64,000 nt of DNA from Chrysomallon squamiferum (Eukaryota; Animalia; Mollusca): positions 2,170,001 to 2,234,000 of the forward strand of contig CM022673.1 in assembly GCA_012295275.1 (NCBI GenBank), read 5' to 3'. Positions 31,660 through 54,875 of this stretch are shown in pieces. Each line of letters opens with the position of its first letter. The first letter of the stretch is position 1. Both the position numbers and the translations under genes were made by a program. The notes below the pieces were generated by a model. The model saw only the letters and a program-made list of their open reading frames with translations, did no database searches and had not been told where the DNA came from.

Positions 31660-31770
31660 GTGTTGAGACATTTCCTGTTCCACAAGTCTCCGGACAGGCA
31701 CCAAAAGCCATGGTATGTGCTTTCCTGCCTGTAGGAAAGTGTTTGTGTTCCTTTTGCTAGGGAAAAACAT
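31660..31770 (+). mobile_element. Decayed fragment of a mollusc SINE-like dispersed repeat
   Basis: ...tttcctgttccac...caaaagccatggtatgtgctttcctgcctgtaggaaagtg...ccttttgcta. Same recalled SINE core (caaaggccgtggtatgtgctatcctgtctgtggg). Confidence 0.5.
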
Positions 31771-34082
31771 AAATATTTCCAATTTAGAACTTGGCTTAAA
31801 AAAAGAGGGATTGTTAATATCTATGTTTAATCAGTTACATTGTAGCGTCTATTTATTGACAAATGTTTGAATCGATAAAAGCGGCCATACATTTTGTTTG
31901 CCACAGCCCCTAAGTACCGACTAAGTGTGACAAAAAAGAAAGACTTCTTTTTAAAAATAATTATTGACTAAATACATACAATATAATAAAGTTGAAATTT
32001 TATTGTTTTTAATTTTTCGTAAATTTAAACGTCTGCGCGCGCATTAATGGCAAACAGGTTTTAGTCTCCCGTACGTGTACACAAACACAAATTCCTTTAG
32101 TTTGAAATAACTGACAGTTTTGCATAATAGCCTATGCTAATGTTGTACGAATTGCAATCATTTGCCTGCAAGTATTAGCCTATGATTAGATTTTCTGAAT
32201 TTATGTACTTTCATTATACCCGATTCCTAGAAACATAATACAACATTACATTTTCTTTTCCTTATGTTATTTCATTCCAAAAATTAAACTTCATTTCAGT
32301 TCGTTTTGTAGGCTATTTGGAAATTTAAGAAATACATGAAACTGGAGTGGTTTTAACTAAATGTATTTCTTTTTACTAGGATGTGAAGTGGACGTTCAGA
32401 GAGTTGCAGTACGCGTTGTAGGACAACATTATCGATAAAACGGAGAGACTCGCCCCACTCATAGACAAAATATCGCATGACTCGTTCAGTAACTCGTAAA
32501 AAAAACCAAAAAAAAAAAATAAAATGAGCTACTACTCATTTACAGATTTTATTTCATAATGTTTATTTTTTTTTTTTTTTTAAAAAAAAGAAAAAAAAAG
32601 AAGGTTCCTGTCTCCGTGCATATGAAAGAAGATAAACTGAAAACTTTGATTAGTAATTCAGTAAGTCACGTTTCCGACAAGAGATAAAAAAAAAAAAAAT
32701 GAATGATGGACTGTAGTCTTGTGTTAACTGATCTTTCCCGACTCGCCTGCACAGTTAGTGAAACGTACTGGTATAGCTAGCGTTCTGTTTCTGGATAGCC
32801 GAGGTGGGGGAAAATAGTCTTGTTATTAATCGGAAGACGACAAAAGGTTTCTTTTTACCAATATAAACAAAATAATAAATCAACATACAACCTACATTAA
32901 ATATTCCAGGTATTAAGAATTGTGTTTTGAATCTGACATATTTACGTCAAATAAACAATTTCAGAACTGAATGTTGGTATATTCCAATTTTCAACGACTT
33001 GCTTATCGGTGTACATATATCAAATAACCGACTTAAGAATCTAATTTTTGAAGAAAAAAAAATCGATGAATATAAATAGTTACGCTCTAATAATAAATAC
33101 GATAATTATGCTGATAATTGTATGACGGGTTATCGTTGATAGTGATAATTTAATCGACGTGGGGTTATTAAATTAGCTAAACGAATTTATACTAAATGGA
33201 TATTCATAATATACACAGCAAGATTTCATCATAGTCGGTCTGCTCAAATGTATCCGATGACATTTACTAGATTCGGTTACCTGCCTTTTCTAAAGCAATA
33301 AATCATTTTAAAATAAAATCTTTTTGACATGGTATAATCTTTCGAGGAAAAAGAAAACTAAACATTGTAGTGAATAATCAACGATCATGATAAAATGTGT
33401 AGGTAATTCAGTCTCTCTTCCCCCCTTCCCCCTCTCTCATTCACACGCACACACAGACACGCACATACACACTTTATTTAAACAAAGTGAGCATCCTAAT
33501 CTTCTTTCATCGTTACCGGCCGTCAGTGGTTATATTTCAGGCATACAATCATAAAAGAAACTCGAAAAGAAAGAAGAAAAAACATAAGGTAGGGATCTCT
33601 GATACCCACAACGTAACGTATACCAATGATTTTCACGACAGATCGAGCGTTTTCGTTTGTAAACTGGAGTCAACATGAGCTTTAATGCTGTGTTTGAGAA
33701 ACGGCCACCTCCTGAATTGAATACACCTGTAACATCATGAACAGTTATTTCAACAGTGATGATGTTAAAGAATAACCTCGCTAAGCTACTCGGTGTATTA
33801 TTCGTTAAAAAGCAGTAAACACTGGATAGTCAGGAAAGCAAAGGAAGTGGACATAATTAAAGTTCTTTTTAGAGCTCTGGTTGGAACAAGAAATGTCCAG
33901 CGAGCGATACCGAAGATTGATGTTGCGACATTCCGATTATGGTCATCACGTTAACTTTTGTATGTATGAGAAAAAAAATCAACAACCAAAGCCAGTTCTA
34001 ATACATCATCTTAAGAAATGTGCTCATAACTGCATGGAAGTAGAACCTATTACTGTTTCTCGTAATCATTTACAATAAAGTG

Positions 34083-34144
<62 letters not shown>

Positions 34145-36276
34145 AAAAAATAAGACATTTGCAAAAAATCTATATTTCAGCGATGATTGTCTGCGTCAGC
34201 GAACACAATGGTTTTAATATTTATGAAAAACGATAATAAATATATAAATAAATAAATAAATAATGTTACAGGTGCGCCTCGACATAAAAACCAAGTATTC
34301 TGATATTTTGAATTAGCACATTTGTTAAAAATAAAACGATAAAGTTATATTACAATATGCAGATTCGATTTAAAAGCAACCCATCAAATTGTTCCATAGT
34401 TTTTGCAGAATGTTAACAGCAAATATATTTTAACAAGTGCATACACTTAAAATATGCTTCAGACAAAAGGTTACAGTGACACGATTGGGATTACGTGATT
34501 TGTGATAACCAACATATACATTTATATTAGTTTCGTCTCTATCTGTACGTGTACATATAATTAAATACTGTCCGCACGAGAAGTTCTTCAGTCATCTCAG
34601 TTTTGAGTAGGAGAAAGGTCAAAGATCACTCAGGTTTTAAAGCGGGTTCTAAGAAAGCGGCACACCCGAGCTTCGTCTGTCGTTATAGTGGTGACATTTT
34701 AAACTTAGAGTCTGTCTCATCCAGGTTCTCAGTGCCTGTATCGTTTTATTTAAATTAATGACCCTTCTTTTTTTTTCCACCTTGTCATTCGGTTTTTTTC
34801 ATTTTATTTTATTTATTTTTTTTTTTTTTTTTTTGCGATCTGTTCTGGTTTCTTTGTTGTTATTTCTTTTCTGGGTTTTTTCTTTCATTTTTTTTTTTTT
34901 TTTTTTTTTTTTTATTTGTGAAGAGTTATGTTATTTTTGTTGTTTGTCTGTTTACTTTTTAAACCTATCGGTAAAAGACATAACAGTTTTTTCATACACA
35001 CGCCGCTGGAGCTGGATGCAGGCAAAAGACTGCACCCGAGAGAGTTGATCCTGTAAGACATCGCTGTGAGGACAAGCTGCTCATTTAACAGCAACGGTCT
35101 GCTCTCAAAAACAGTGAGTAAACAAATGACAGTTAAACACAGATTCAAGTGTTTGGATTTGAAATGGACGAACTGACGCCAAATATTTGACTGTTTATTA
35201 AAACAACATCTCTGTATGATTAGCTTCAAAATTCGAATAGCTGTGAACACGTACAACATTTTGGAATAATAACAACACAATAAATTTTAAAAAAATAAAA
35301 TAAAATAAAAAAAAAAAAAAGTCACTAGTCAATCCGCCATTTTGAAAAGTTTTTTTTTTTTTTTTTTTATCAACTGAAGGTCCGTGTTAGTAACTAGGAC
35401 TTTTACTATGTTAGAGAGACAATATGGTGTTAAGTGAACCTGTGATAAAACATGATACACTATCGTCGAACCGTCATCCTATCAGACATTAGGAGCATGA
35501 TAACATCGATGCATCATCGTGTCAGTTTATCTATTCTACGTCAGGATATTAATAAACTAATCGTTGATTAGAGTTTCAGTCTGGCTTTTGTTTGACCGAC
35601 CTTGAAATGCTGAAGTCCATAAAACAATCAACAAAGGATTAAACAAGGGTTGTTAAAGGATTTATCACAATAAATTTCTATCACAAATCACGTAACCCTT
35701 GTTAGTCACTATCATTGTATCAAGCATAAAATGTATAATATTATGCAACAAAAGCCAATGATAATAATTAAGCAAACCGGTTTATCTGATCCTGGTTGTA
35801 TAGATAATATCTGACTAAGCCACCAAAATTAACATGGTTGCCATGTTAAATGTGTAACGTCGACTAGGCAATGAGTAATCTTCAAGTAATCTAATAAAAG
35901 GATATGACACGTTCAAAATCACTATGACGCCGTGATGTCTGATTCATACTAAGGATCAACGCCAGAAGTCTGGGCAAGCCGTCCATCACGTGATTCTTGT
36001 TCAACAAAAGAAGGCAGAAAAAAAAAAAAAAAAAAAAAAAAAACCTGGCACATTGCCAACCCACTAAATTCTTTGTTCTCGCAGCTGCTGAGTGGGATTG
36101 GCTTGATGCCAAAAGCAGAGCTATCGTATTTCGCAGCGGGGAGAAAAACCGGTTTTCTGTTGTTTATCAAGCGTTTGTTTGTTTAACACACAGCCTGACA
36201 AGAGATAAATAAGTATTTTTCACGTGATTTTTGAAAAGAATGATAAAACAACAGAGGCAAAATGTACGTTGTTGTC

Positions 36277-36340
<64 letters not shown>

Positions 36341-37379
36341 ATTATATACAGAAACAGACGCAAACTTTTTTTTTTTTTTTTATATTGTTGTTGCTAGTTT
36401 CCGATTTAAGAAATAATTGTAACGAAAGAAAGAAAGAAATGAAAGATTTTAAGGATACGGTTGAAACAGAAAACCACAACGACACCTTAACACATTATTA
36501 ACCTTGATTATCCATGGGCCAAGAATCGGTCATATGCAACTTTTCTGTTGACAGAAAAACAGAACACGGCAATCCACTAAACTGAAGAAAGGCGCTAACT
36601 TCAGCAGGAATGAAGAAAGAGCAGACCATGGCCAGTTGAAAATGAAAATGGCAAAAGCATATTCAGCCATTCCTGAAAATCAGACTAAGGATAGATCCCC
36701 GTAAACTAGTGATAATGTTACACTGAAATAAATCAGCAATTCGAGTAAGACTGAGCGAAAAAAATAATAATAAAATGGCTACCATTAATGGCATCTTTTC
36801 AGTAAGTTTGCGGTGTCCTTTTGAAATAATGTCTCAAAACTGTTATCAGCTTTTTCGACAAAATTATAGCCATATTAAATAAGCTATAATGACGTTTTTT
36901 TTAATAATATTTTTATTTTTATATATTTATTTATTTATTGCTAAAAATGTTACACGGCCTTTTTTAAGTAGTAATTTATCTATTTTGAATTAATAAGAAA
37001 ATGTATGACGTCATCAGTTATATGGCACAGAAACGGAGTCTGTAATGTGTGACTGGCAGATTACTATTATTGTTGTTGGTAAAAAAGTACATTTCAATTA
37101 ATTTATAAACTGATTTATTTTAATGACGTAAAATTTCTTGTGACGTAATAAAGATGTCCTGTAATTATAAATCGGCAACATAAAAATAAAATTTATAATA
37201 ATAATAATTATTATTATTATTATTATAATTATAAAAATTAATATCCCATTATGAGCTTTGTTTTTGTAATACCCAGACAAGGTTACACACCAAACCAAGC
37301 TGGAACTAGTTTATTCAGGAAAGAGCAAGTAGAAACTAGATCATACCAGCTAAAACTGGATTTCGTCTTCATATACTAG

Positions 37380-37570
37380 TGGCGTCGGGAAAGGCACGTC
37401 AGTCTGCCTATTGGGAGCAAATCCGGTAGAAGCTGATATCATCGCGTGACCTTCCTGTGAAACCAGCAAGAAAAAAAATTGGATCGTTGCCAGTGCCGTC
37501 TTTGGGGGCGTGGCTAAAGATTGCTGAGCATCTCTTATAGACAAGGGGAGACAATCACGGTTTCCCGCCT
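37380..37570 (+). promoter_or_regulatory. CpG-containing promoter region of the TRIM gene
   Basis: GC- and CpG-rich patch 100-280 bp upstream of the ATG. It holds ACGTCA (~37396), ATTGG boxes (~37410, ~37478), an Sp/KLF-like GGGGCGTGGC (37505-37514) and an E2F-like TTTCCCGC (37561-37568). Confidence 0.6.
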
Positions 37571-37662
37571 AGAAGCAAAATAAATTTCTTCTTTTCTTTT
37601 AACAAGGAGAAACATTTGCAGTCAATTTTACCTTGATATATATTTTGTTTACATTGTGCAAA

Positions 37663-46741
<9,079 letters not shown>

Positions 46742-46870
46742 CATTTCATTTCTTTTGATTTTTCTGTTGTTGTTTTTTTTTGAGAGAAATTTATAAGAGG
46801 AACTTTTCCAGAATCTCTCTTAAAGAGAATATTTTGGACATTACTTACTTGTGAAAAAACAAAAAAACAA

Positions 46871-47162
46871 GTGTATGTGTGTGTATGTATATAAAGCCTA
46901 TATTCTGTATGTGTGTGTATGTATGTATGTATGTATGTGTATGTGTGTGTGTGTGTATATAAAGCCTATATTCTGTATGTGTGTGTATGTATATAAAGCC
47001 TATATTTTGTATGTTTGTGTATGTATATAATGTATATAAAGCCTATATATTCTGTATGTGTGTGTATGTATATAAAGCCTATATTCTGTATGTGTGTGTA
47101 TGTATATAAAGCCTATATTCTGTATGTGTGTGTATGTATATAATGCCTATATTCTGTATGTG
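46871..47162. repeat. ~34-bp minisatellite just downstream of the TRIM stop codon (probable 3' UTR)
   Basis: Unit tgtatgtgtgtgtatgtatataaagcctatattc, about 7 copies with variable microsatellite cores. Confidence 0.9.
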
Positions 47163-48013
47163 CCAATGGAAATAATTGATGAACAGATGTAATTATGACT
47201 TGAGTGCTAATTGTAACAATTAGGTAAATCATTGCTGTTTGGTTTTGTAACTGTGAGAATCTGTCGCAAGCGACTGCTGACTTTCTGTTTTATTATTCAG
47301 TTGGCTTCTAGTTCTTATACAAGTTTTATTTTCTTGATATAATTTTTTCTTCCTTTGTCTGAAGTCAAACTTGTCTCATGACCAAGAATAGTAGTAGGTA
47401 AAATATTTAAATATTTTTTATTTGCTTTTGCAAATCTTTAACCTGACAGTCTATGCAGCATTGGAATATGTTGGGGTTTTTTTGTTTCTGTATATATTAT
47501 TTCATTGAAAAATATGAGATTTACTAAGTTGACACTGCCATTTTAAAGATTAGTTACATATCTAGAACATTTTAATTTTAAAATATTGTTTCATTTACTT
47601 GCATAGCTCCACCAAATATTCATTTTTCTTGTACATCTCTATCCACACTGAAATTTGCTCCTTCAACCAAAGAAAATAAAAAGAGATTATTTTCACCACT
47701 GAAATACTTCTCTCTACCTCAGTGGAACATGACAGTTATATAGTAACTTATTAATATTGAAATATGCTTATTAAATTTTCATCAGTTTATTTATTTAGTG
47801 GATATAAAGAGTATTTTCCACAGTATTTATAAAATATGGTTTTGTTATTAATTTGTTTTCAAATTATTTAATTTTTTCTTTTCTTTCTTTTAGTGATTAA
47901 ATATAAAATGTTTGGGAGGTTTTTCTTTCTTGTTATTATTTTTATTTTTTAATTTATTTTTTATCTTGTATGTTGTGGCATTTCGAACAAGAAAAGTGTT
48001 TGAAATTTATATA

Positions 48014-48044
<31 letters not shown>

Positions 48045-48490
48045 TTTTTTTTCTTAAATTTATTTCTTACGTTTTTTATAAATTCTAAAATAATTTAATA
48101 ATGAATTTCTATAATTTATCATTATGTTCCATAAAATAAACATTTTACCTTTTTTTCAGAATTTTTGATTTTACAGAAAATATTGAATGTTTATAAATAA
48201 ACATAATTAATTAGAAATATTTAACTGACCAAATTGTATTTATTTGTTCAAGAGTTACTGATATTCTTATATTATAATGTACTTATTCATACCATCCTGA
48301 CTTTAATTGTTTAGGTTATTTCATTCAAATATATAGATACAAAATTCAATATCACATACATCTCATTATACAATTTCATCCAGTTTAATGCATTTATTGA
48401 ATTATTTTTAGTTTATTAACCTATTATTATTATTTACTGTAACAAACTTTTCTGATACAAGTTCATGCAGTTAAAAGTATTATTATTATT

Positions 48491-49250
48491 GGGATTCGGA
48501 TTGTCAACTGTTGTTGGACATCTTACCTTGTACTGCTGGATCTAGCCCACGGACATAAACACTGACTACTGAACAGAGAACATTCCCTAATGTATGTGTA
48601 TTCTAGGAGAGTGATCTTCTGCAGTTCTGCTATGGGGATGTTGACTAGGAGTTTGCTGGTGTGTTTCTCCAGTCCAGCATCATTAGCCCAAATGCACTGA
48701 TTACAACTGGCAGTGTAGTAATGTACCACATCGTCATGGTCTGTTTCCAGGTCTTTGAACGTGGACAATTTCTCATCTGCTTCCTTGATTGAGACATTGC
48801 TTTCTTGAAATGGTCATGTCTTCGAGCAGAGAGGTCTTTATCATCTTTTTCTTGACGCTGATATCCAGTCCGTTTGAAATCTCATTATCAGTGTGTATCT
48901 GTATGTTCAGCAAAACGGATACTTCTTCAGTTTCTTGCCGATGTTTGTACCAGTTCTGTGCAGCTGGCCGTTTGTGGTGCTGGCAGATCTACCAATGCTT
49001 GCATGTTGCTGCCTTGTCTTGTGTCGCGGGATGTACTCGGTTCTTGGCAAGCATGGTGCATCCAGAGACAATGTGGTCGAAAGTTTCAATCAGCATCCAG
49101 CACTTCGGGTTGATGTCATCCTTTATTATTCTGTTGCCAGCCTCTGGTCTTTACAAACCCTCCTGCTCAAACCCTCCTGCTCAGTCTCGAGTCCCATGCA
49201 GGTCTTTTGTTCATCCCCGTAGGATACTGCCTGCATCTTCTGGACATGTT
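48491..49250 (-). mobile_element. 5'-truncated, decayed non-LTR retrotransposon with restriction-like endonuclease (R4/Dong- or NeSL-like 3' end)
   Basis: Minus-strand fragments broken by frameshifts and stops: GLETEQEGL, IIKDDINPKCWMLIETFDHIVSGCTMLA (zinc-knuckle remnant), NIQIHTDNEISNGLDI (PD-motif region), KEADEKLSTFKDLE, GLEKHTSKL..IAELQKITLL. Flanked by (TTA)n tracts. Confidence 0.82.
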
Positions 49251-49358
49251 TATTTATTTTTATTATTATTATTAAAGTTGAAGGCTAATTGTATTGGAAA
49301 ACGTTACATAAAATGATAATGTAAAAATGTTTTATATAGAGCTGAATATTCATGTTCA

Positions 49359-49389
<31 letters not shown>

Positions 49390-49958
49390 GTTCCTGTTAG
49401 TAGAGTCAATTTGTAAAACCACATTTATTTATTTTATTCAAAAAATATTTTGTACTTTTTATTACTGGTTGTTTTTGTGAAAGAAATGAAATCACATTGA
49501 ATATAAAGGTGTTTGTGTTGTTTGTTTATTAATTGCTATAGGATATATGATCTATGTGTGTTCATGCATATGACTGTTGTGTGTAAGTTTGCTGTTACTA
49601 CTAATTAACAATGCTATAAAATGGTACCTTAAATTGTTATTCTTGTTGCTGTTATCAGTTTCCATCTGTTATTGATTCTTAATACAATATTATCAAAATA
49701 AAGAAATTAACTATAATAAAATAAAGAATAAGTTCAATTATTGAAAAAAAAAAAAGGAGGAAAATTGTGTGGGAATGTGGCTGTGTACATATAAACAAAC
49801 CTGTAAGCGATCGTACACAAGAAAATGGTAGATACACAACAGTCCAATAAAAGATTATTTAGCTGAATGAAGCTAAACAAAATATTAAATAAAATAGAGG
49901 CAAGAATCTCTAACACTTCAGTCGACAAGCAAATACGTACCACAGTATTAATTAGCAT

Positions 49959-50073
<115 letters not shown>

Positions 50074-50577
50074 ATGGGATATTTGCATATAATTTTCTCA
50101 CACAGTATTGATTTTGCGTATATTACCCTAAAAATGAATTTAAACATGAAACTAAACAAATGTCATGTTAGTACGCTATAAATACATTATTGTTAATCAA
50201 TAAAAACAATAATAATAAGTTTTTTTTTTTTTTATTCATAAGAATAATTTTATTTTATTTTATTTTAAATTTAAACTGAACACAACATTATTAAAGTAAA
50301 ATATTTTCCCAAATAACTACCAGTAAGGCACAATTATAAGATGTTACTGATAGCCGTTTTCTTTGTTTGTTTTTATTTACAGTTGTTGATACGCGATATA
50401 AACAACATATAAAACAGTATCAATATAAAAACAAGTCATCAAAAAGATATTGTCTATGGCATCACTTCGTATTTGGACCACTGATCACAAACTGAACCTG
50501 CGATGGAGTATTCACGAACTGGCCATGTCTTTTATTGTAAACGCGACTAAATTTTCATATTTATTAGTAAGTACGTG

Positions 50578-51039
50578 CAGTGGCGGACCTGCATTTTTGG
50601 TGCCCTGAAGTTTGAACTCTTCGGGACCCTTCGCAAGAAGCAAAGAGATCTGGTTAACCACTGTTACCTTCTTCGGTCGGCTTGTTCAGTGACAGATCAT
50701 TGTAAATCTTTTAAATATGTAACAACATCTCAGAAATGAATTACTTGACTTGAAATCTGAAGCTTAAGTTTCATTAGTTTCATAATAGATCCACGCCTAA
50801 AGCTTAAGTTTCATTAGTTTCATAACAGATCCATCTCTGAAGCTTAAGTTTCATTAGTTTCATAATAGATCCATCTCTGAAGCTTAAGTTTCATTAGGTT
50901 CATAATAGATCCACCCCTGAAGTTTAAGTTTCATTACTTTTGTAACAGATCCGCTCATGAAGTTTAAATTTGATTAGTTTCATAATAGATCCACCCTTGT
51001 AGCTTAAGTTTCATTAGTTTCATAAGAGATCTGCCGCTG
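50578..51039. mobile_element. hAT-like MITE containing a 40-bp x 7 minisatellite
   Basis: Termini cagtggcggacc and gatctgccgctg form an imperfect inverted repeat. 8-bp flanks agtacgtg (50570-50577) and agttcgtg (51040-51047) match 7/8. 40-bp period from 50761 to 51039. Confidence 0.75.
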
Positions 51040-51986
51040 AGTTCGTGGGATATGGCAACATTTTCTACTCCTGACTAATGAATTTTCACAATGACTCAGT
51101 TAAGCAGTGCTACGACCACTACTCGCATCCATAGTTCTTGTCTGTTTTAATAATCATTAATGGCAGTAAAGCAAGGACTGTAGTATGACTGTACTGAAAT
51201 GTCAATTGTGAAAGGAGCAGCAATAGTAATAGCAATAGAAATAGTATTATGACAATAATAACAGAAGTTGTAATAGTATAGTAGTATCTGTAATTGTTAT
51301 TACTATTACTATTATTATTGCTGTTGTTGTTATTATTACCTTTTGGTGGATATATATATATATATATATTTCAGAAAAAGAAAAAGGTTCAAGAATTTAC
51401 CAAATACACTGATAACTTTTTTCTTTTTCATAATAATATTAAAAATAAATGAATGAATAAATAAAAAATAAATAAATCATCAAACTATATATTTTTGTAA
51501 TGAATTTATTAACGTTTTTGCAAAGAAAGTAACACACTGTCGCCATTAATTGTGTTGTATCCTTTTTTTTTTTAATAAAAATATTCGAAAATTCAGTGTA
51601 TCAAAAGTTACCAATAAGGCGATAGGTGAGGTATTAGGAAAATCTTAAGTTCATGGGAAGTACAGTATATATTTCAAAATATATAATTTGAACAGTGACT
51701 ACCATCTGAAGAAAGTAAAATTCACAAACAATTAAAAATCTGTTTCAATAATAATAATAATAAAATAAAAGGTGAAGTTGTTCGTATATACCCTAAAGAA
51801 GCATAAGTACGGTTCATTTTGTAAAAATTAGTTACGCACTTTCTGTTTCTCTTTTCTTCATTTAAAACAGTTTTTCTACATTTCGTTTAAAGCTTTTCAT
51901 ATTTTACAAATTTGTAAACGGTTATTTCAGCAGGCTGGTCATTTAGAAATATATGATCTTTATAAAAATTATAACTTATTTTAACC

Positions 51987-54779
51987 CTATACTTCAGAAT
52001 TGAAACCACTTTCTTTGTCGCAGCTTCTGTTGCTGGACAAATTTTGGCACGATCCTCTTGAATCTTCTGCTATCATAACTTTATGGATGGGAACTTTGTT
52101 AACTTTGTGTGCGGGAGAGTTAGTGGTTAGCAGCTGGACAACTTCTTCTTCGTCCACAAAGTCTGAATTAACAGGACATCTGATAGAAGTGACTCGAGAT
52201 TTCGAACGTCCTGGTTTCATGTAACCGTTGACCATCTGAGATATGAAGTCAAATTCTTCGTCGTCTTCAACGTAAGCCGAATCTCGACTGTTTCCACTGA
52301 GCAGCATATAACCTTCCTGTCCAGGAGTTAAACTGAACCTTTTTGAAGATGGATGGTAGAGTTCTATTAACTGCGGTTTCGTTAGCTCCACGAGACTGTT
52401 GGATCGACACACCGTCGACTGGATGAAGTCGTGTTCCGCCAACGACTGGGTGAAAAATCGAAGATGAATGTTTTTATCGACTTCTTCCGATCTCTTCTTG
52501 CGCGATCTAGAATGTTCTCTGTCGCCGATGATGTCACATAAAGGACCGTTCACGTCTGAGCTCTTTTTCCCCGGGCTTCTCTTTTTGTGTTTGTGTCTTT
52601 TCTTTGGAACTGCGCTGCTGTTGTTTTTATCGTGATCTCTATCGTGCGAGTCTTTGTTAGCGCAGCCAGATATCTGACAGTCGTTTCTGTCCATCTGAGG
52701 CGATTTGTGCGACTGGGTATCATGGTCATGACATACAACCGTTGGTAGAGACACTGCAGCATCGACTGCCTTGCCAACAGCAGACACAGGCAAATCGTAG
52801 TGGCAACAGTTGTTCGGGTCCAGAGGACTCGATTCAGTGCTGCAGCACGGAATGCTGTGTTTCCAGTTGTTTTTTCTAACCTTTCCCGTCTGACTGTCGT
52901 GGAACTCGACACTTTCTGAGCTGTCCTCGTAAGTCACAATAGGCAGAGCAATTTGTGTTTTTCCCGATGGGTCTTCGAAGTAAGAGTTGTCTCCCTTATA
53001 CACGTTAGCGTTGTATGCCGCGTCTTTGGAATGTTCCGATGACAGCTGTCCGTCGTTGTAATCCGTGCTCACGTATGTCTCAAGTGTGCTCGTGATTTTG
53101 TCTTGGTTGTCACTAGACGCAAACTCGCGATGAAGTATAACTTCAGAATCACCGATTCCGCGATACCTATATTTTTTATTATCTACTTTTTTAACTCGCT
53201 TTTTGTCTTTATTTGACTTAGATTGACTGTTGGCACATTTCAGACACGCCTCACAAACAGGTTTGTCCCATTTACCTTGCCTCTGTTCATATTCTGACTC
53301 CTGTTTTTCCGAAAGCCCGGTACTTTTCGTAGTTTTTCCGTAACTAACATCGACATTGTAGTTGAGAACTCCATACACGTTACTCCCAGAACTGACAGAA
53401 TTAGGATTCCCGTTATTCTTTTCTCCTGGCACCAAGCTGTTTAAACCCGAGGGTCTACGAGACGCTCCCCACGAGAGGGACGCGTGACGATTGCTGGCTC
53501 TGGAAAAATGTCGAGCAATCGAAGAATCTTCTAATCTACGACAAAGGAGGACGCAGTCCTTCTTAAACTGTTTCGTCAGAATAGCGTACAGGAAAGGATT
53601 TGCACAACTGTTGAGCGGCAGGACGAAAATTGTCAACACTTTGGCCTCGTTCAGCTGAATCAGCTCCTTGCCAAACGCTGCAGCAAGAGAGAGGATGGCT
53701 ATGGGCGCCCAGCACAGCAGATCCGTGAACACGAGTAACGCCATTCGTTTGGCAACTCGAGTGTCGTTAGAGTTCCACGCCTGCGAGTCGCGAATGCTGA
53801 TGTACATGAGTAGATAGCAGCTCAGTATCACAAAGAAGGAGAGACCGTTAAACACCATTATGTAGCAGACGTATCCTGTAACAGAAATACAGCGGTCTTT
53901 TAAAATGATGGAATAATATACAGCCATTAAATCACAGATTAAATGAACATAATATCCTGCAGAATAATTTGTCTTTTAAAACTATAGAATACTAAAAGCA
54001 ATTAAACACAGGTTAAGTTGATGGAGTCATACATACAAGAATCCAGCAGTATCATAATCTAAATATACAGAAACCTAGAAAAGATAAGTTAAAGAACATT
54101 TTTGTCTACAGAAATATTTATATTTTTAGCTGTGATCTAGGAGATATGGGTAGTATAATTAACTGTTAAATGTAATAATAATGATAATGGTAATGATGAT
54201 GATGATCATCATCACCTTGATCATGATTTAGCCAATTACAAAGCAGGATCAAACATTTAATACAGTATTTCACTCAAACGTAGATATATTTTCAGTAAAT
54301 ATTTAATTCAGGAGGACTGTTAGTAAGGGTTTTTGGATTGTATTTTTGATCTATTTACCTTTTGATATAAGACTTTTGATCTCAAATGGGAGACAGACGG
54401 CAAATGTTCTGTAGTCGCTAATACCAAACAGTGGCAGACTTGCAAGCAACGTGGCGTAAATCCATCCACCAAGCATAATGTAACCTTTAAAAAATAAATA
54501 ATAATAATAATAATAAAAATAGTAAATAACCTTATATACGTATGTATGTATGTATGTATGTATGTATGTATGTATGTATATGTGTGTATATATGCATGTA
54601 TGCATGTAACGACATATAGTATATTAAATGCATTAATATAGACATGTGTGTGTATATATATATATATATATATGAATGAATATTTGACTGTGTTTATATT
54701 ATTTTATATATGACTGAATCAAAGACAAAGACAGGGACAGAAAGAGATACAGACAGAGAGAGAGAGATGAGAGAGAGAG

Positions 54780-54875
<96 letters not shown>

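Noticed and set aside
48789-49316. 175-aa Cys-rich plus-strand ORF
   Set aside because: Antisense to the decayed retrotransposon; the recognisable motifs are on the minus strand.
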